From the NCBI RefSeq assembly GCF_964204645.1, contig NC_134026.1, positions 27,996,150 through 28,060,149 on the forward strand: 64,000 nt of DNA. The letters run 5' to 3'. Position 1 is the first letter of the stretch; each line of letters starts with the position of its first letter. The notes beneath the pieces were generated by a model, which ran no database searches, was not told the origin of the DNA, and saw only the letters and a program-made list of their open reading frames with translations. Source of the stretch: Tubulanus polymorphus. Its lineage: Eukaryota > Animalia > Nemertea. This document shows, in pieces, positions 1 to 23,471 of this stretch. A program made the translations under genes and the position numbers.

Positions 1-819
1 CTATAAATTATGGTTAGCCTGTATAACTAGCAGATAGAAGCTACCTGTGGAATATTCCATTCCTATAGATTTTTCGGATACGTGGAGATTGGTCAGGCTA
101 CAGGTTTAATAATAAGTTTTCAATAGGCCTACTGCCCTGAACAACTCATGATATATACTCAATGATATTTGACTTGATGTAAGTTTGTCATTTATTAAGA
201 AGGTCATTGATTGATAGCCTGCATTAGTTAGCCTAACTGGTTAGTGGACTAGTGAATCTGAACCACCTTAAGCCTATTTTAGTAATTTTGAGGATTAACT
301 GCATTAATAAGTATTGATATACTGTTTGCATTTGTGAACATTCATAGTATAACGGTAGCCTAGATTTTGTCAAGTTAAGAATGGTAAAACCATTGCATCA
401 TATTTTGCAAAAGAACGCAGAAGCTGGTTGCACAACTTGTGTGCAACATCCCTGAACATTATGAATGGATTTCTGCTTTCCATGATTCATTCATACCCAG
501 GAAGATCGATAATATATTCACGAGCCCATCCTTTTACTGAATGGCTTGTGCTGTACATCGACTATCTGTAGTTACTGAATTACGGTAGAAAGATAGACTT
601 TTAAGAAATTACTATAAGATCTTCCATCACCACCACAGACACATATGTAAATTCCCATCCAGTTACATCATCAGTGCATATTAATATAACCCAGTCATCT
701 TAGATATTATTCATTAAAACTATAAAACCTGATGTTGATGTCATTACATTTTTTTCCTAGAAACATTAAACCATGGTCCAATTACCCTGTATATAACCTG
801 TTTTCTGAATATCGTTTAG

Positions 820-3800
820 GGTTGATAAAGATCGCAGAAAATCTTGGTCTTTCCTTGTTGGCGCCGAGGAAGAAAATAACCGTTCTTCTGATTGGAAACC
901 ATTCTGCGGGCAAAAGTTCTTTCGTCAATTGGTGAGTATTTATTTTAGCACTATGTTCTATTATAACATAAATCAGTGAATAATCATTAATCAAAATGTG
1001 ATTTATTACATATGCTTAAACTTTTCATCGTTCATCAGTGTTCTGCTGTATAAACTAGAAGAAAAACCCTGCTTTATTCTGCTGTATTGTTCAAATTTTG
1101 GTCTTAGGGGAATCAAGTTGAAAAATTATTATTACAATAGGTGATAATTCAAGTCTTAATAACACCCATTACTTCCTGTAAATGTTTTAACCAATTATCA
1201 TATGGTTTTCCTGCTGAAAATAATATTGCTTTTCGATCTATGATTCAAAAGATTTTATACGCGTTTTCACCCACAAACGTAAATTGTATGTGATTAAGGG
1301 GAATACAGAAACCCACCTCATTCTCCGAAATCGTGTTCAAGTTTCAGCTGGTGGGCGTGTCCGCTTTTAATGTTTCGAAACAATGATCGATTTTTCTGAA
1401 AGTGTGGGAGAATTAGCCTTTCGGCTGTTACCACAGTGATCGCAATTGATTATAGGCCTATAATATATTAGTTGAATTCATATCGTAAAATAAAATAAAC
1501 GTGGACCTGATTCAACGGTGAAGGGTTTAATGTGATCCTCGAGTGAAAACTAGACGATTTGCATTTGATGAAGATTTAGATATTAACGGCAGTAGCATCC
1601 ATGTTTGTTAATTGTGAATTTCTTTACTATTTTCATCAGGTATTTACCTTCAAACGATATTAGATACTTGTCATAAACAACCAGTATGTTCGTTGTATAC
1701 ATTTATTCATTATGACTGTGAGTTTTGCCTGTCATTGTAATGCTTGTCACAAGTTATAATGTAACAGTTATGTTGTTGCATAGCATCTTTCTGAGCTTAC
1801 AATATTATTTGATATAGGCCTATTCAATAAAACTTTGTGTTTCTAGCACAGGTGGTGTTCAGTCGTACATGTTCATAGCCTCGTGATCACGCATGTGGTT
1901 TTGACCCAGGCCAGATTAGGTCAACCATTTACACTCACACTGTTAATGGGGCCATGTCTCTTGGGCTGACCAAGAACGTTGAACCAGACCCTTGCCAAAC
2001 TTTTAGCGAAGGTCGAATTTTTTCGTGTGAATGCTCTCTTTTTGGTTCTGGAAGTGACTCACAACATATGAATGTGCTTTCTAATGAGAGGCACTGGTCA
2101 GATTTGACTTGTCCGGCCTGAGCCAGTTTTGACCCAGGCCAATTGCCTGTGTGTGATGTCTGCTCGTGTTGAGTAAATCAAATAATAATTTACAGGGTTC
2201 TAAAAGGTCAGGTAAACCAGGAAATTGTCGATTTATATTTTCCTCCGGGAGAATTGGGGAATTCTAACTTTTCTTGAAACTCAGGGATAAGTCAGGGAAT
2301 TTAAATTTTTGGTATCTTGTTGTTGTTGCTGCGATGAGTAGTGGTACAAGGAACCTCTCGGGAAGTAACGGCCCCCGCTAAGGATTTATCATAATTTTAT
2401 ATCTCAGAAAATTTTCAGTCAAGGATCGGGAAATATCAGGGAATTTTGGATTCCTTGATCTTAGAACTCTAAAATTTGATATGGGATACAGTGAATAATT
2501 GAGGCTGGTCACCCAGTTCATCATAAATACTGAACTTAGTGTTCTACCAATTGTCTAGACGACCATTATCTATATATCTCTTCTAAACATTGATTACGTA
2601 GCTATCTAAACATTTTAAACTATTCAACCCTTGATTTATATATAATATGTCTTCAATGAAATATTCAAAGTACATTATATGTATCATGGACATAAAATCA
2701 CCATCTGCTATAGAGAAAATAAAAATCCCTCATCAATGAGTATAGATTTTCAGGGAAACGCCAGTCACTTACCTAGTAATATAATCATACTTTGGGGGAA
2801 TTCTAGTGGGTGGCAACAATTTTCTGAGTAAGGGTAACCAAAATGAGTGTATGCTGAATAGAATGTTTATCCTGTACTCTGTTTCAACTCCTTATATTGC
2901 AGTTGGAATTATAACATGCATTGGGTATATTTAAACAATGGCATGTTGTATTGTTTGTATTGTATAGGTATATTGAAGAACATGTCCAAAGAACCGGTGT
3001 GGCTATTGAAACTCAGGGCTTCACCTTTGTCACCAGCGGTCGAAAAAGGGAGAGTCTCACGGTAAGGCGCCATTTAATTATTACCTTTATATTAAAAACA
3101 TCTGAACAGTTGGAATATACGTGAATATTTCTTATCAATTTTCCTATTTTTTTACTGAAAATAAGAATATCCAAGAATCTAAATTTTTTGAAGGCTATGC
3201 TTCTTGAGGCTCGTAAAAGCATCATAACTATTTATTGGCGGTTCACTGGGTTTCATGTCAAATGGAAAAGTACAAGTGAACTGGATATATTAAATGAACT
3301 GATATAGTAGGGCAACCTTTGTGAAAGGGCAATATCACTTGTCTAGTTCAGGACAGTTATACTGCAGAAAGCCTATGCATGTAGAGCCTATAACTGCGTA
3401 CCATGACAATGTTTAGGATGTATGATACCTAGCCAAGCAAGTTAAGCATCAGGTGCTGTAGTTTCATGAATGAAAGCTTCATAGATATTTATTTGAGTTT
3501 TTGTTTAGAAAGAAAGAATGTGCATATTATGGATAGTTCAGTCTAGACTTCACAGACAATTATCCACAGGAATGTTGTTAGTTCAAACGCCTATTTGCAC
3601 AGGTCATCACATACATAATGCTTTACTCCTTTAGTTAAAATATCTTTTAGTAATGGTGTATTATACGTATACTGCTGTATGAAATGAGGACAAAGTAGTC
3701 AAATACTTATCCACTTCTGGTCTTCCCAGTTGTTATCCTGTATTTAGATTAAAATCACTTCCCGGTGATGGATCTGAAATCCAGACAGCACAAATATAAC

Positions 3801-6800
3801 TAAAGGCTGATAAGTCTGTGTCTGTCTGTCTGTCTTTGACAATGGACTCAACAATCGTAACCTGTTCCCACCTCATTCAATAGACTTGATTCTTATAATT
3901 TCTTGGATTTCAACGCAGACTGTAAAACGAAAAGAAATCAATTTAAGAGTCTATGATTTCAACAATAGAATGTCGCTAGATTGTTCGATGTTTAGTAAGT
4001 AATCTACTGACAATAATACCTGCCGCCACCCGGAAGGGTTTTACGAAACATGTAGTCTTCGGGGGTTTAAAAAAGATTCATGAATACCTTTTCGCGGGAA
4101 GTAGATTTTAAGCAGGTCAGAGGTCGAGTCGGATAACTAATCTCTTTGAATCGAGTTTGGTTGGACTTCGGTTGGTATTCGCCGAGTCACACGACAGACA
4201 TGTATTGTGATTCGGTTCAAGCACATAAAATGTCTCAGACGAGAACTGCTCCTATTACATTAGCTGTGTAGACATTGCACAGCCACCATTTGAATACTAA
4301 CACATGGTGAATATCGGAGATGAACTTAGAAAGTTGTCCAGAAGCGAGGATGAGGATTACATGTATATGCAATGTGTACTTCATTACATTCCAGACTTTG
4401 ATACAAACTAGTTGGTCAATTGAAGCAGCTGACATATGTATTACTTCTTGGTTTGTCTGACCTCGTTCGCAGTCTGGGTGTGGTATATACTCGTGCTGCT
4501 ACTGCTGGATACCTCCCGAGGCAGGAAAAGTTTCTTCAATTACGGATATGATTAAATATAGTACTTGTATTTTGCTGGATTTCAGGGAAATGCCACGCTG
4601 CACTTATACCCTCACTTCGAACCGCTTCGCAAACTCAAAGGTAAAGTATCAATTTTGTACACGTTTGTTATTTGATATTTTTGAAAAACTTATGGGTTTT
4701 AGGTTTTCAATTATTAAGGTCTAAAATTATATTAAATTACAACGATACCTATGTTATTTTGAAAATTTTGCTACTGTTTATATTCTTTGGGTTGTTGATC
4801 ATACCGGTATATTGGAAGCCTTAGCGAGACATACATCTGATCACTGGAGGATTTTGTCTGGAACAAATGCAACCATGCCTTATACATGTCTCACTCGGGA
4901 CTATCCTGTCCAGTGACCCCATTTATTCATGTTCGTTGATGTCGAGCCAACAACGAAAAATGTCTCCTCAATGCCTGCCAATCTCATGAAGAACTTTGAG
5001 TGAACTTTGGTATAATTGTATTCTGAATATCCACATGGAAATCAATGCTGTCTGCCTGAACCAGACTGCGATGTACCTCCATCATTTCACTGTTACATTC
5101 TATATCTCTGTATACATTTCTCAATAAATCGGTACACACGCATCTGACTCGTATTTTAGACATAGATTTTTATTCGTTTAAGCTATTTAAAAAGAAATTG
5201 AACCGGAAATGATGCCGAAAGGATATCGCTACAGTAATATGCGGGGTATGAATGGAATGTCGCCTTTCTTCTCAGTTCTTCATTCGGTAGCCTTGCAGAT
5301 TTATGCCAAAAAGCTGCCTGGTTAAGAGCTGTTTGGACTGGCTAATGATCTACATCTACCACCAACACCACGTTTACAGGCATTGAGTGACCTTCCAGCA
5401 ACCTCTGTTTGAATAATCTGGTGTCTCAGTGAACAGTCTGTAGGCTATATTCTCTGCCTACACTCCTGCCCATCCTTTAATATTCACAGTTTAGTCGATT
5501 TATGTTCCATACATTATTTTTAGCGATACACTATCTTATATCAATGACTGTTTATCTCGTGAATATTTTTTTCATTTGGTACTCGCAGGTTTTATTCATC
5601 AATACGCGTACCGGTTCAGAAATGTATTTCAACTCATGAATGTCTAATTTCCTTTCTTTGAACGTGACAGTTAGAAATATAGTCCATTGTAATATAAACA
5701 CAGTACTACTTTATCCATGGGCTTATTAATAGACTATAGGATATGTAATTTTTTATTGCATTACCCCATGCTGCTTGCATGATTGTATTAATTTTCTGTC
5801 TGGTCTATTCATTGCGGACATCTGTAGAACTAGTAAACTGTGTTCCTATGTATTTATCCACTGCATGAAATCTGATCAATTCTGAGGTCAGCTGATACAC
5901 GCTCAATCAATAATAGATGATTCCACCCTTGAGTTAGTTAACATTTATATGCCTTGCATAGTAAAGACGGTTTATTGGGTGCCCCGCAAACAAAAAATTA
6001 TGGAAAAAGAAATTACGAATAATTCTCATTGCGACGGAAAAATAATGAAAAACTGCATCCAATTGCTGCCATTTCTAAAATATCAGTCCTTTCCCAGCTT
6101 ATTCCTGATATATAACAACCTGTTGACCTTATTGCAGTTTGTAGGTTTATTGTGGTAAATTCAAGGGAAGGATTATTTAGCACCAGGACTTGCAGCATCA
6201 GATGGTGACTGCTGTTCATCATCTAATTTTCTGTCAGACACGTGCTAGCGTCTAGCTGTAGATCAGATCGATATTGTGTTATTGTCTAGACCAGCTACGA
6301 AAGAGCAAGGTGGTTAGTCTAGACATGTATTGCCGAGGAAGGGAGGGGCTACTGGCATAGATTATGCAGATCGGGTGCTTGAACTAGGTTCTCTCATTGA
6401 AGAATATCGCTTCTATTTCCTTGAACCATTAGCTCATCATATGATTTGTTTCATAGATATTCTCAGCATCGTGCTTCATCGGCTTGAGAAATCAGTCTGC
6501 TCATTGACGATATGTTACAGACATGTCTCCATTAATCATTATATCAATAGAGAGTTCTTTAAAGCTGGCTGCATCAAGTTCTGGGGTCTGCAGTCGCCGT
6601 TTTCAGTTTCTCATTTTAAGGTTTATATAGTAATTGGCGTGGTAGGCCCTGTACTCAGCGTTTAGTGAACTGGTTCAGTCTCCTAAAGCTTTTAGAGAAG
6701 CTCTTTTGACTGGTCATCGATTTAATCAAATAATCAATCCAAAGTTTAAATCTAGATTTAATTTTTGAATATCATTTTTTTATGTTTTGACATCTGAAAC

Positions 6801-9800
6801 AAAATATATCTAGTAGATGACAAATCTGATTTCCTATTGTCCTATATTGGACGTCTTGTTGCTTCTTGCAAGGGTAGAAGCCACTGTCCAAATGCTTGAA
6901 CTTGTACTTTAGAAAGGGCGAGTGAGTCATTTTACCGAATTGAACTTGCACATGTCAAGTTTCTGAGAAATAAGGATCACACATACAGCCTACAGAATTG
7001 ACAACTATGTCAGCAGTATTATAGCTGTTGTTAATTAATTATGTTGATAAACCTCTTATACAGTAACCGCGTCTAGTGCCAAGTATATATCCACTGCTTT
7101 TCACTGGGGGCATACCGTTTATTTGAGGGGTAGCTGCCAAGTGAAGGGCAGAAGATGTATGCAGTTTTTCAACGATTTTCACACGAAATTATTGCAGATA
7201 TACTAAACTGTTGGATGAGGTATCGGTTGCATGCTAAACCTGTACACTGAAGTACGGATCAATGATTCACCTGTACTGTACTAATCATTTCATTTCAGGG
7301 GTGACTGATTACCTGGTTACAGAAATATCCACTTCTAAACAGAAGAAGTTCAGCCTTGTGACATTCGTCGATACTCCAGGGCTCGTCGATGGTGATATGA
7401 AATACCCATTTGATGTTAATGAATCTATACTTTGGCTAGGTAAGTAATTAACCGGAAAAGCAAATTTTTAGGCTGCAGTTTTGGATTGAATGTATTCGGG
7501 TCAGGAATAGCAAATCTAGATTACAAACTCTACCTGCCAACATTCAATCCGGTTTATAATTTATGCTATTCTGGAATAGGTAGAAACTGGTCAAAACGCA
7601 CACGCCAGAAAAGATATTTTAGAATCTACAGATACCAATTGAAACCTGCCTTAATCTCTTATATGGATGAGGCTAGGATGTTGGCTCTGAGGATTTATGT
7701 CCACCAATAGATTTTGTACCCATTGGTCATCTCGCCATTTGATTCACCAGAACAGACTCATTTGAACCTTATTGTCATGTGAATTCTAAGTTTATTGTCA
7801 CTGTTTCATCTTCAAACTGTTTAATCAATTTGCTGATATGCCATTTGTACTGGTTGTCCACACGATTAGTTTGTCTTTCATGTCGCTAGACAACCGGCCA
7901 ACTGTCAATCGATTACCACCTATAATATTATATAGCCTGATGGGTCAACTTCAGGTCATAGACATGCAAAGGCGGTTTGCATAACTAGCCTTGATATTTC
8001 ATTAGTATGTACATACTAATGTATTATATATAACTGTGCATTGTGAATAGATATTGTAATGACTTTTAGCCAGCGATTTTATTTGATGACCAACCCTGTC
8101 ATATCAATCAGTCACAGACATGTCATAGACAGACTGGGTTAATTATGTCCAGTTGTCTGTCTCGTATCATTATCGCTCCATTCGGTCAGATTTAAATCAT
8201 TTCGAAATGTCTCATATTCTGATAGAACCACTGATATTATCTTTGCAGGCGATCTTGCAGATCTCATTTTTGTATTCTTTGACCCAATTGGTCAAGCTCT
8301 CTGCAAGCGCACTCTCAATCTCGTGGAAAAGCTCAATGAGAAACATGCTGAACATATGAGATTTTACCTCAGTAAAGCTGATGAGGCTGGCCATGAGAGT
8401 GATAGACAGGTATTTATGTGCTATCAACGAATGAAAAGAATATGTACGACTATGAAATATATTCATGTATGACTAGTTAACTTTTCTCTGATGACGTGTG
8501 TTTGTGACAAGTGAAAATAACATCAGAATAACGCATGCGGTGCTATGGTGATGAGTGCTTGGAATTTTTAAGTCATTAGAAGTAGATTCTGACTTGTACT
8601 GTCATTGTGGTTAGGAGTATTACATATGCCCGCTGATTGACATGAGATTGCTCCCTTGGTTATTCTTGAAACTATATACTAATTAACTGTGGCAATATCT
8701 TAAGACATTGTACTACAATAATGTAGCCAACCGCTATTCTATAATGATAATTTTTACTTGTTAAAAATTAGTTTAAATTGTATGACACACTTTTGGGCCT
8801 GTTGGAACCTGATACTGTTTTACTCCTCACCATTTGATAGAGATAGATAAATGATACTTGACATACATTGAAGTCAACAGTTTATCATGTGGTTGTATGC
8901 GTCATAAGAATTTCTAGTAATCTCGTTAAGACTTGTTTCAACTTCCTGGAATCGTCTTTGTGTTGTGTACACATGTTTTTTTGTCTGCATTTTTCAGCGA
9001 GTGATGATGCAAATCGTTCAAGAGTTATGCAAACGTCCCGGACTGAACAGAACAGGTTTTGACATGCCTACAATTTACATTCCATCCCCTACAGTTAAGG
9101 TAAAAAGAGTTGGAATTCCGATTTAACTTCTTAAAGATGCTATGATGAATAGCAGATAATAAGGTTACATCATTAGTGGGCTATAAAGATCTCATACTAA
9201 AGCAGTAATACATCATATTCCTAGCACTAGAACCTTATTGTTGATCATTTTACCCACATCGATGGTTCCCTCTGTTTCAGTCTCGTTGCGTGAACCAAAT
9301 CGAAGAGGTTTGTAAAGATGTTGAGAAGACAATCAATCAGACAATACAGAATACACTGAACACTTTAGAGAAAGATTGTGAGAGTATTGCTGAACTCGTT
9401 GACCAACGATTAATTAAAAACAGGTTAGTAAGAAATTCTTGCCTCGATAATCAATTTCATTGAGTTATTGTATCAAGTTGTTAATCGTTCAACTGATATA
9501 TTTCAGCGAGGATGATTCATTCAACCTTCAAGCTCGATGTCGCGGTGCAATGTTTGCACTTGTTGGAATTCTCCTGCCATTCTTTGTGTTTGTATACTTC
9601 TTAGCATCGAGGGCTGCCTCGAAAGATATTCTTCTTCAAGTTCTTGGAAAGTCCGGAACCGAGACGCTACAACTATATCTGGTATGGGAACAAATTTCTT
9701 AAAATTGAATAAACATTTCTGATGATGATGACAATGATAACATTACTGGTTGCACTTATTTTTTGTATCTTAAGTGAATTGAATATATGAATTCATTCAA

Positions 9801-10426
9801 CAAGATTATTTTTCCTGTCAGGTCAATGATTGTATACTTAAATTACCATTGTAATGTATGGAACTATAACAGAACAACTTGGTTCATATATGAAGTAATT
9901 GACAAGAATGTTACATATATAGGTCGTGTTAGTGGTAATTGGCTGATTGTTAACTTGCCATTTATAAATGCTTGCATTTCTCTCTTTGGAATTTCTTATA
10001 AACCTACGTATTGCAGCTTCACTGCTACAAGAAATCTATTTCAGTCTGTCTATTAAATGTATTTGTATCTTGAATATGTTTTTAAGGCTCCAGTTCGTGG
10101 CATTATAAAAACGATACCTACTGATTATCATCTGCATTTATTGGGAGGAATTATTGGATTCTCTCTGCTGTTGCTGTTATTGGCCAAGTTTACGTCACGC
10201 TCGCGGTCAACACTGACCCGCCGCCAGAAGAGACTATTGTTAGAACAACGCGACTATGTACAGACCACTGTCAAGAGTAAAAAGGTAATGACGTATTCAT
10301 CGCTATTTTAGGTTGAACTTAGTGACAAGATTAACACGTTTCACTTATATTTATATTTTATTTCTTCCACAGCAAACTCTGTACCAACAATACCTAAAGC
10401 AAATGGTTGCCGAGCATGATCTATAG
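820..10426 (+). CDS. Uncharacterized EHD/dynamin-superfamily P-loop NTPase with two C-terminal transmembrane helices (5'-partial, 10 exons seen)
   Basis: Exons 820-931, 2968-3061, 4586-4640, 7299-7439, 8249-8409, 8998-9099, 9281-9423, 9507-9681, 10087-10284, 10373-10426 splice in frame at GT-AG sites. Motifs: G1 GNHSAGKS, G3 FVDTPG, G4-like YLSKAD. Hydrophobic segments AMFALVGILLPFFVFVYFLA and LHLLGGIIGFSLLLLLLAKF. Ends ...EHDL-TAG. No start exon identified in the window. Confidence 0.85.
2193..2471. mobile_element. Degenerate non-autonomous DNA transposon (hAT-like MITE with internal TCAGGGAA repeats)
   Basis: Ends CAGGGTTCTAA...TTAGAACTCT form an imperfect TIR. Internal repeats tcagggataagtcagggaattt. 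Related element at 29917. Confidence 0.5.
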
Positions 10427-11232
10427 AGGTCTGAATGATAGAAAATTTAGCGGTGAAGGAAAAATCGAAAGCTCAATCTCTTCAGTATTTCATCAAATTA
10501 TGATTCATTATAGTAATAGTTACGTTTGTTTAGAGAATTGTTAATCATTCTGCCAGTTCTTATTGCTCAATAATTTCAAATACCCACCATCTTACTCACC
10601 CATTGATGGAATAAATTATGTACTTATTTTCTTTTACGATGTCGTATTACTTATGAAACTGGTGCTAATCTATTATAATATGTTATGTACAGTAATTACT
10701 TTGAGAGCACAGAAGAACACCGAAAACATGTACATAATCTTACTAAGTGAACAGTTAAATTTTCTCCACAAAATGCTTCTCTGTAACCAGTATTCATGAT
10801 GCAATTGTCATTACATAAATTCATGAAATTGAATGAGAAATATGATTTCGAACTTTTGAGTATGTTATCCAAATGATTTTGATAACAATATGGTGCAATA
10901 TGGTCTCAAATGTCCATTTTATTAAGGCAGCTTTAAATCAGAACTTAGTTGAGGTTGAAATTAGAGGTGGTTTGACTTTCTTGTATTTTCGAAAATTCTT
11001 ATTCGCGAATAAAAAATATTTTCAAAATAAGTTTATATTTGTTGTGGTTGATTGGAAATCTATTCATCGTTGACAGCATCGAGGAAAATGTTGGAGATCA
11101 AGTCATCTGAAAGAGGAATAACAGTTGCAGTCCATAAGACGATATATACTGAATCAATAGCATATAAGCAGCCCACCATTTTTATAGATATTTTAGTTGC
11201 AAAGTAGTTCCATGGAAAAACGATTTATAAAT

Positions 11233-11244
11233 GGGATTCGAACC
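11233..11244 (-). promoter_or_regulatory. Isolated B-box (TFIIIC-type) element upstream of USP30
   Basis: GGTTCGAATCCC on the minus strand, 127 nt before the USP30 ATG. No A-box or cloverleaf in the flanks. Confidence 0.5.
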
Positions 11245-11370
11245 TACTGCATGACATGCCTATAGAGAATTGCGAATAACCTCTATCACTTGACGTTCTG
11301 ACATCAGGTTGATCGCATGAGGAAATATATCGAAATTTCATGTTTATTAAGTTAATAGAAAGCTGAGTTC

Positions 11371-13655
11371 ATGGATCAGTCTCCATTCTTGTTATTCGGA
11401 GGATCTGTTGCAGCACTTTTAGCCGGTCTCTATATCTTATGGGAGCCCTCAAGTCAGACAAATACTAAGAAAAAGAAGAGAGGTATATCTGAAATAGTCT
11501 GTACGGAACACGTTCAATGTAACGGTATGTTTTCATCTTCCATTACCGTATATGATGCTTTCAATTTTAGGGTGCTGTCCAGGACTTGTCAATCTAGGAA
11601 ATACTTGTTTCTTGAATGCTATACTACAAAGTCTAGCAAGCTGTCCAAATTTTATGCTGTGGCTTGTGAATTACACTGAAACACATCCGAGTACAAGCTG
11701 TCAAGAGTATTTAGCATGGACCCTTTTAAATGTGATGAAAAGTAAGTTGACTTTGGAACAGTCCAACATAATATTGTCTAGTAGAATACTCTAGTCTGAA
11801 TACCAGATGTAATACAGGTTCGGAATAACTGCTATATGGGTGAAACTAGACTAATAGTCCGTCTCTTAATTTAAACATACCCTGATTCAATGAATCTTAC
11901 ACTGTGGCTCCAAAATCAAAGATTTCATAGAGTATTAATGTATTAAATGTTTTAATGTATTAATGTATAACTAAATCTTTGATTTAGGACCCCAGCTACT
12001 GTGACAAACCCCTGTAATTTGTGGTATTCTCTTCTTAGTAAGTTTACATTATGTTAGATGATAATTAGAGATGTCCTTTCAGTATTGAATAATCAAGGTG
12101 AATTTGTTGATCCGTTTTCACCCCATGATGTGATTAATGCATTGAGGGCTCGTAGATGGGTGATCTCAGCTGATGAACAAGTGAGTCTCATCATTATCAG
12201 ATTGTTTATTATTCAGGTATTTATGCACACCTCTCCACACTCCCTTTATATTTTCTAGGATGCACACGAGCTTTTTCATGTATTAACTGAGACACTTGAT
12301 GAAGAAACAGCAAAATATGCATCTGTTTTATCAGTACTAGACTGTAGCGCATTGGAAGTAAGAAATCGTTCAATAATGTATTCTTTCTTGAATAATTGAA
12401 GGGAGAAAATCTACTTTCATTCATCGATTTCAGGAGATGCAGGTTCTGAATGATGCAGTTTCTCGCTACAAGGTTGGGTTGCCAAAACTTGAGAAAGCTG
12501 ATAATTTGATCACATTTAAAGGACTGCTCGCGAGTCAACTGCAATGTAAAACCTGTAATCACAGGGTTAGTTGTTCACTTACTTTTCTCTAGAATTTCCT
12601 GATCAGGAAATTTGTACTTGATTTGGTCCCACCTTGTGTTTTACAGACTGCTATGAAATATGATGCATTTGATAGTCTTTCATTGAGTATTCCTACTTAT
12701 TCTTGGGTAGGTAACTTACATTCTTATGCGTCTCTGAATCGTAATCATGATTGCTGTTTGAATGGATTGTTTTTTTTCATTTTAGGGAGTTTTATCCATA
12801 GAAAGCCTTTTAAGAACATTTTTTAAGCCAGAATGTGTTCAAAGTGTAGAATGTGAAAACTGTGCTAAACTATTGGGTGCCAGTAATACACCTAAGAGAT
12901 CTTTCATTAAAAAGTTGACCCTCGGAAAGGTAATACAATGTAATCGCAAATATCCCCTTATTGTATATTTCCTCTTTCAAATTTGGGTAAACCTTTTAAA
13001 CAAGATGTGTGTATTTCATTTTCATAGCTTCCTGATAATTTATGTATCCACATCCAAAGAACTGTGTGGCTTGATAATGGTATGCCAACAAAACGATGTG
13101 ATCACATTGGATTTGCTGAATCACTTTGTCTGGATGAATTTATCAATGCCGAACCACAACGAAGACAACATGAGAAGCAAAGTCGTTTGATTGGTGGAAA
13201 ACTTTACGGGTGCGTGTGATGATTGCGATTAAACAATCGTGTGCGTCTTCTACAAAGAATTGAAAGTTTGAAGTTTTGTGTCTTTTAATTTCAGTACTGA
13301 AGTAAATGAGGCAAATGCAGTTTTGCTCAACTCTAAATCACTGCTATCGATGAACACTATCCTTACACAGCCTCCATCTAAACTATTATCATCTATATCA
13401 ATTCGGAAACCTTCATCCGAGGATCTTATCGTGGAACAACATAAACGAAAATCCTGTTCATATAAACTAATGTCAGTTATCGTGCATCTCGGAGATGTTT
13501 TTTCTGGACATTTCGTTACGTATCGACGTGGACCCATACGTCAGGGACTTGTTAGTGATAAATGGTTCTGTACGTCAGACACCATAGTTAAATCTGTAGA
13601 TATAACAGATGTGTTACAGTCCGATGCTTACATGTTGTTTTACCAGCGTGTATGA
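11371..13655 (+). CDS. USP30: Ubiquitin carboxyl-terminal hydrolase 30 (mitochondrial outer-membrane DUB)
   Basis: N-terminal TM followed by a basic patch (LLAGLYILWEP...KKKKRG), Cys box GLVNLGNTCFLNAILQSLASC, EQDAHELF, His box VHLGDVFSGHFVTYRR, USP30-type Ser in WFCTSD, terminal AYMLFYQR. About 9 exons. Confidence 0.93.
11901..12014. mobile_element. Palindromic MITE remnant in a USP30 intron
   Basis: Perfect 13-nt inverted repeat AAATCAAAGATTT (11913-11925) / AAATCTTTGATTT (11973-11985) around a (TATTAATG)-like core. Ends in CCCCTG, like the MITE at 43502. Confidence 0.45.
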
Positions 13656-15015
13656 TGTGTTTCTCTTACCATAGACAATGAATAATAGAAATAGAATCAT
13701 TATGTAAGCGATTATATATTCGTATTCAGATGTAAAATATTTACTTCAAATAAACAAAAATAAACATCAACTGTAATTACAGATTTGTTCAACAGTATCT
13801 TTCATAGAATATTTTTCATTGATAACTGATTAAAACTGTACAACATATACACATAATTGATTGTACATAACCATTGAAAATAATGTACATAAGGGATCAG
13901 TTCTGAGTTCTACATCAGAATATTTATCAAAATGTCCCTTCACACGGTAGATGATCGTTGAAAGTTAGAATTTCCATTTTCTTTCGCTTCATTTTTTGGT
14001 GATTAAAACATTTTATGGTATTCTATGGTTGCTTTTCTACTCGTCAGATCCTAAGCCTATTTTCAATTAAAGCAAATCACTGTAAATATTGCGTAGATCG
14101 GTGTATATATCATACAAGCTTATGGAGGCACTGATGAACACTTATCATTGAAGATGATTTTTCACTGGGATAATTTTTTTCACCGGGATATCTTAAGAAT
14201 TTCACAATAATCCGCTCTTCTGTTAAACATCATGCATATTTATAGGAGTGAACATGAATGGAATGATTATTAGATAAGATTTTTATTCCCTCGGATTGAT
14301 ATCGATAAGTTACTTAGAAAGTTTTTTTAAACATGAGCGATAGATAGTCTATATCTCAAATTTTGTTCATGCCACGAGTACGTTTGAACTAAGAGTGAAA
14401 AGCAGGGGACATAACATGCTTCATTCAATCAAATCACATCAAATATATCATAGAATGATACTTCATGAATAGGAAGAGTGAATCATAAAACCAATCTAGT
14501 ATAGTTGCATAGATCACTTAGATTTGCCAAAAAGCCACTTAAGATGAATTTCAAGTATTAATTTAAATGCTTACTTACATTCATCAATATTGTCATGGCA
14601 ATTACATGCATCGCTATTTGGGTGAGTGTCACCTGTAAGTATGATAGAATATGTAATTCTGCTGATAGATATGTCATATTTTCTAGCACATTTTTCAAGC
14701 TTATGTCGTAATATCTTGTGGACAAATAAATTTCTATCTTAATTAAAACTCTCGTCTTATTGTATTTCATCATCGTCTGAAACATCATCTTATTGCACAA
14801 AACCTGTAAAAACCATTCTTAGAAAATTCGATGTATATTGTTTATTATTTACAGTTATGGCAGCTTAAGTATAAAAGATATTTTTTGGCAGCTTTCTTTT
14901 GTTATTCTATCTAAGATATACAAAATATACAAACATCTTATAAATCTAATAATATGTGGTAGCAAATATGCACACCATGACTAGCACCAAAGATCTATAC
15001 AGTCAATTATTACTA

Positions 15016-23471
<8,456 letters not shown>

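Noticed and set aside
3930-6670. GC-richer patches and short ORFs in the long introns of the first gene
   Set aside because: No identifiable domain. Probably decayed repeats that cannot be classified by eye.
8486-8520. Other CTGATGA...GAAA matches (8488, 21723, about 1032 and 49314 on the minus strand)
   Set aside because: No convincing stem II or stem I, so not hammerheads.
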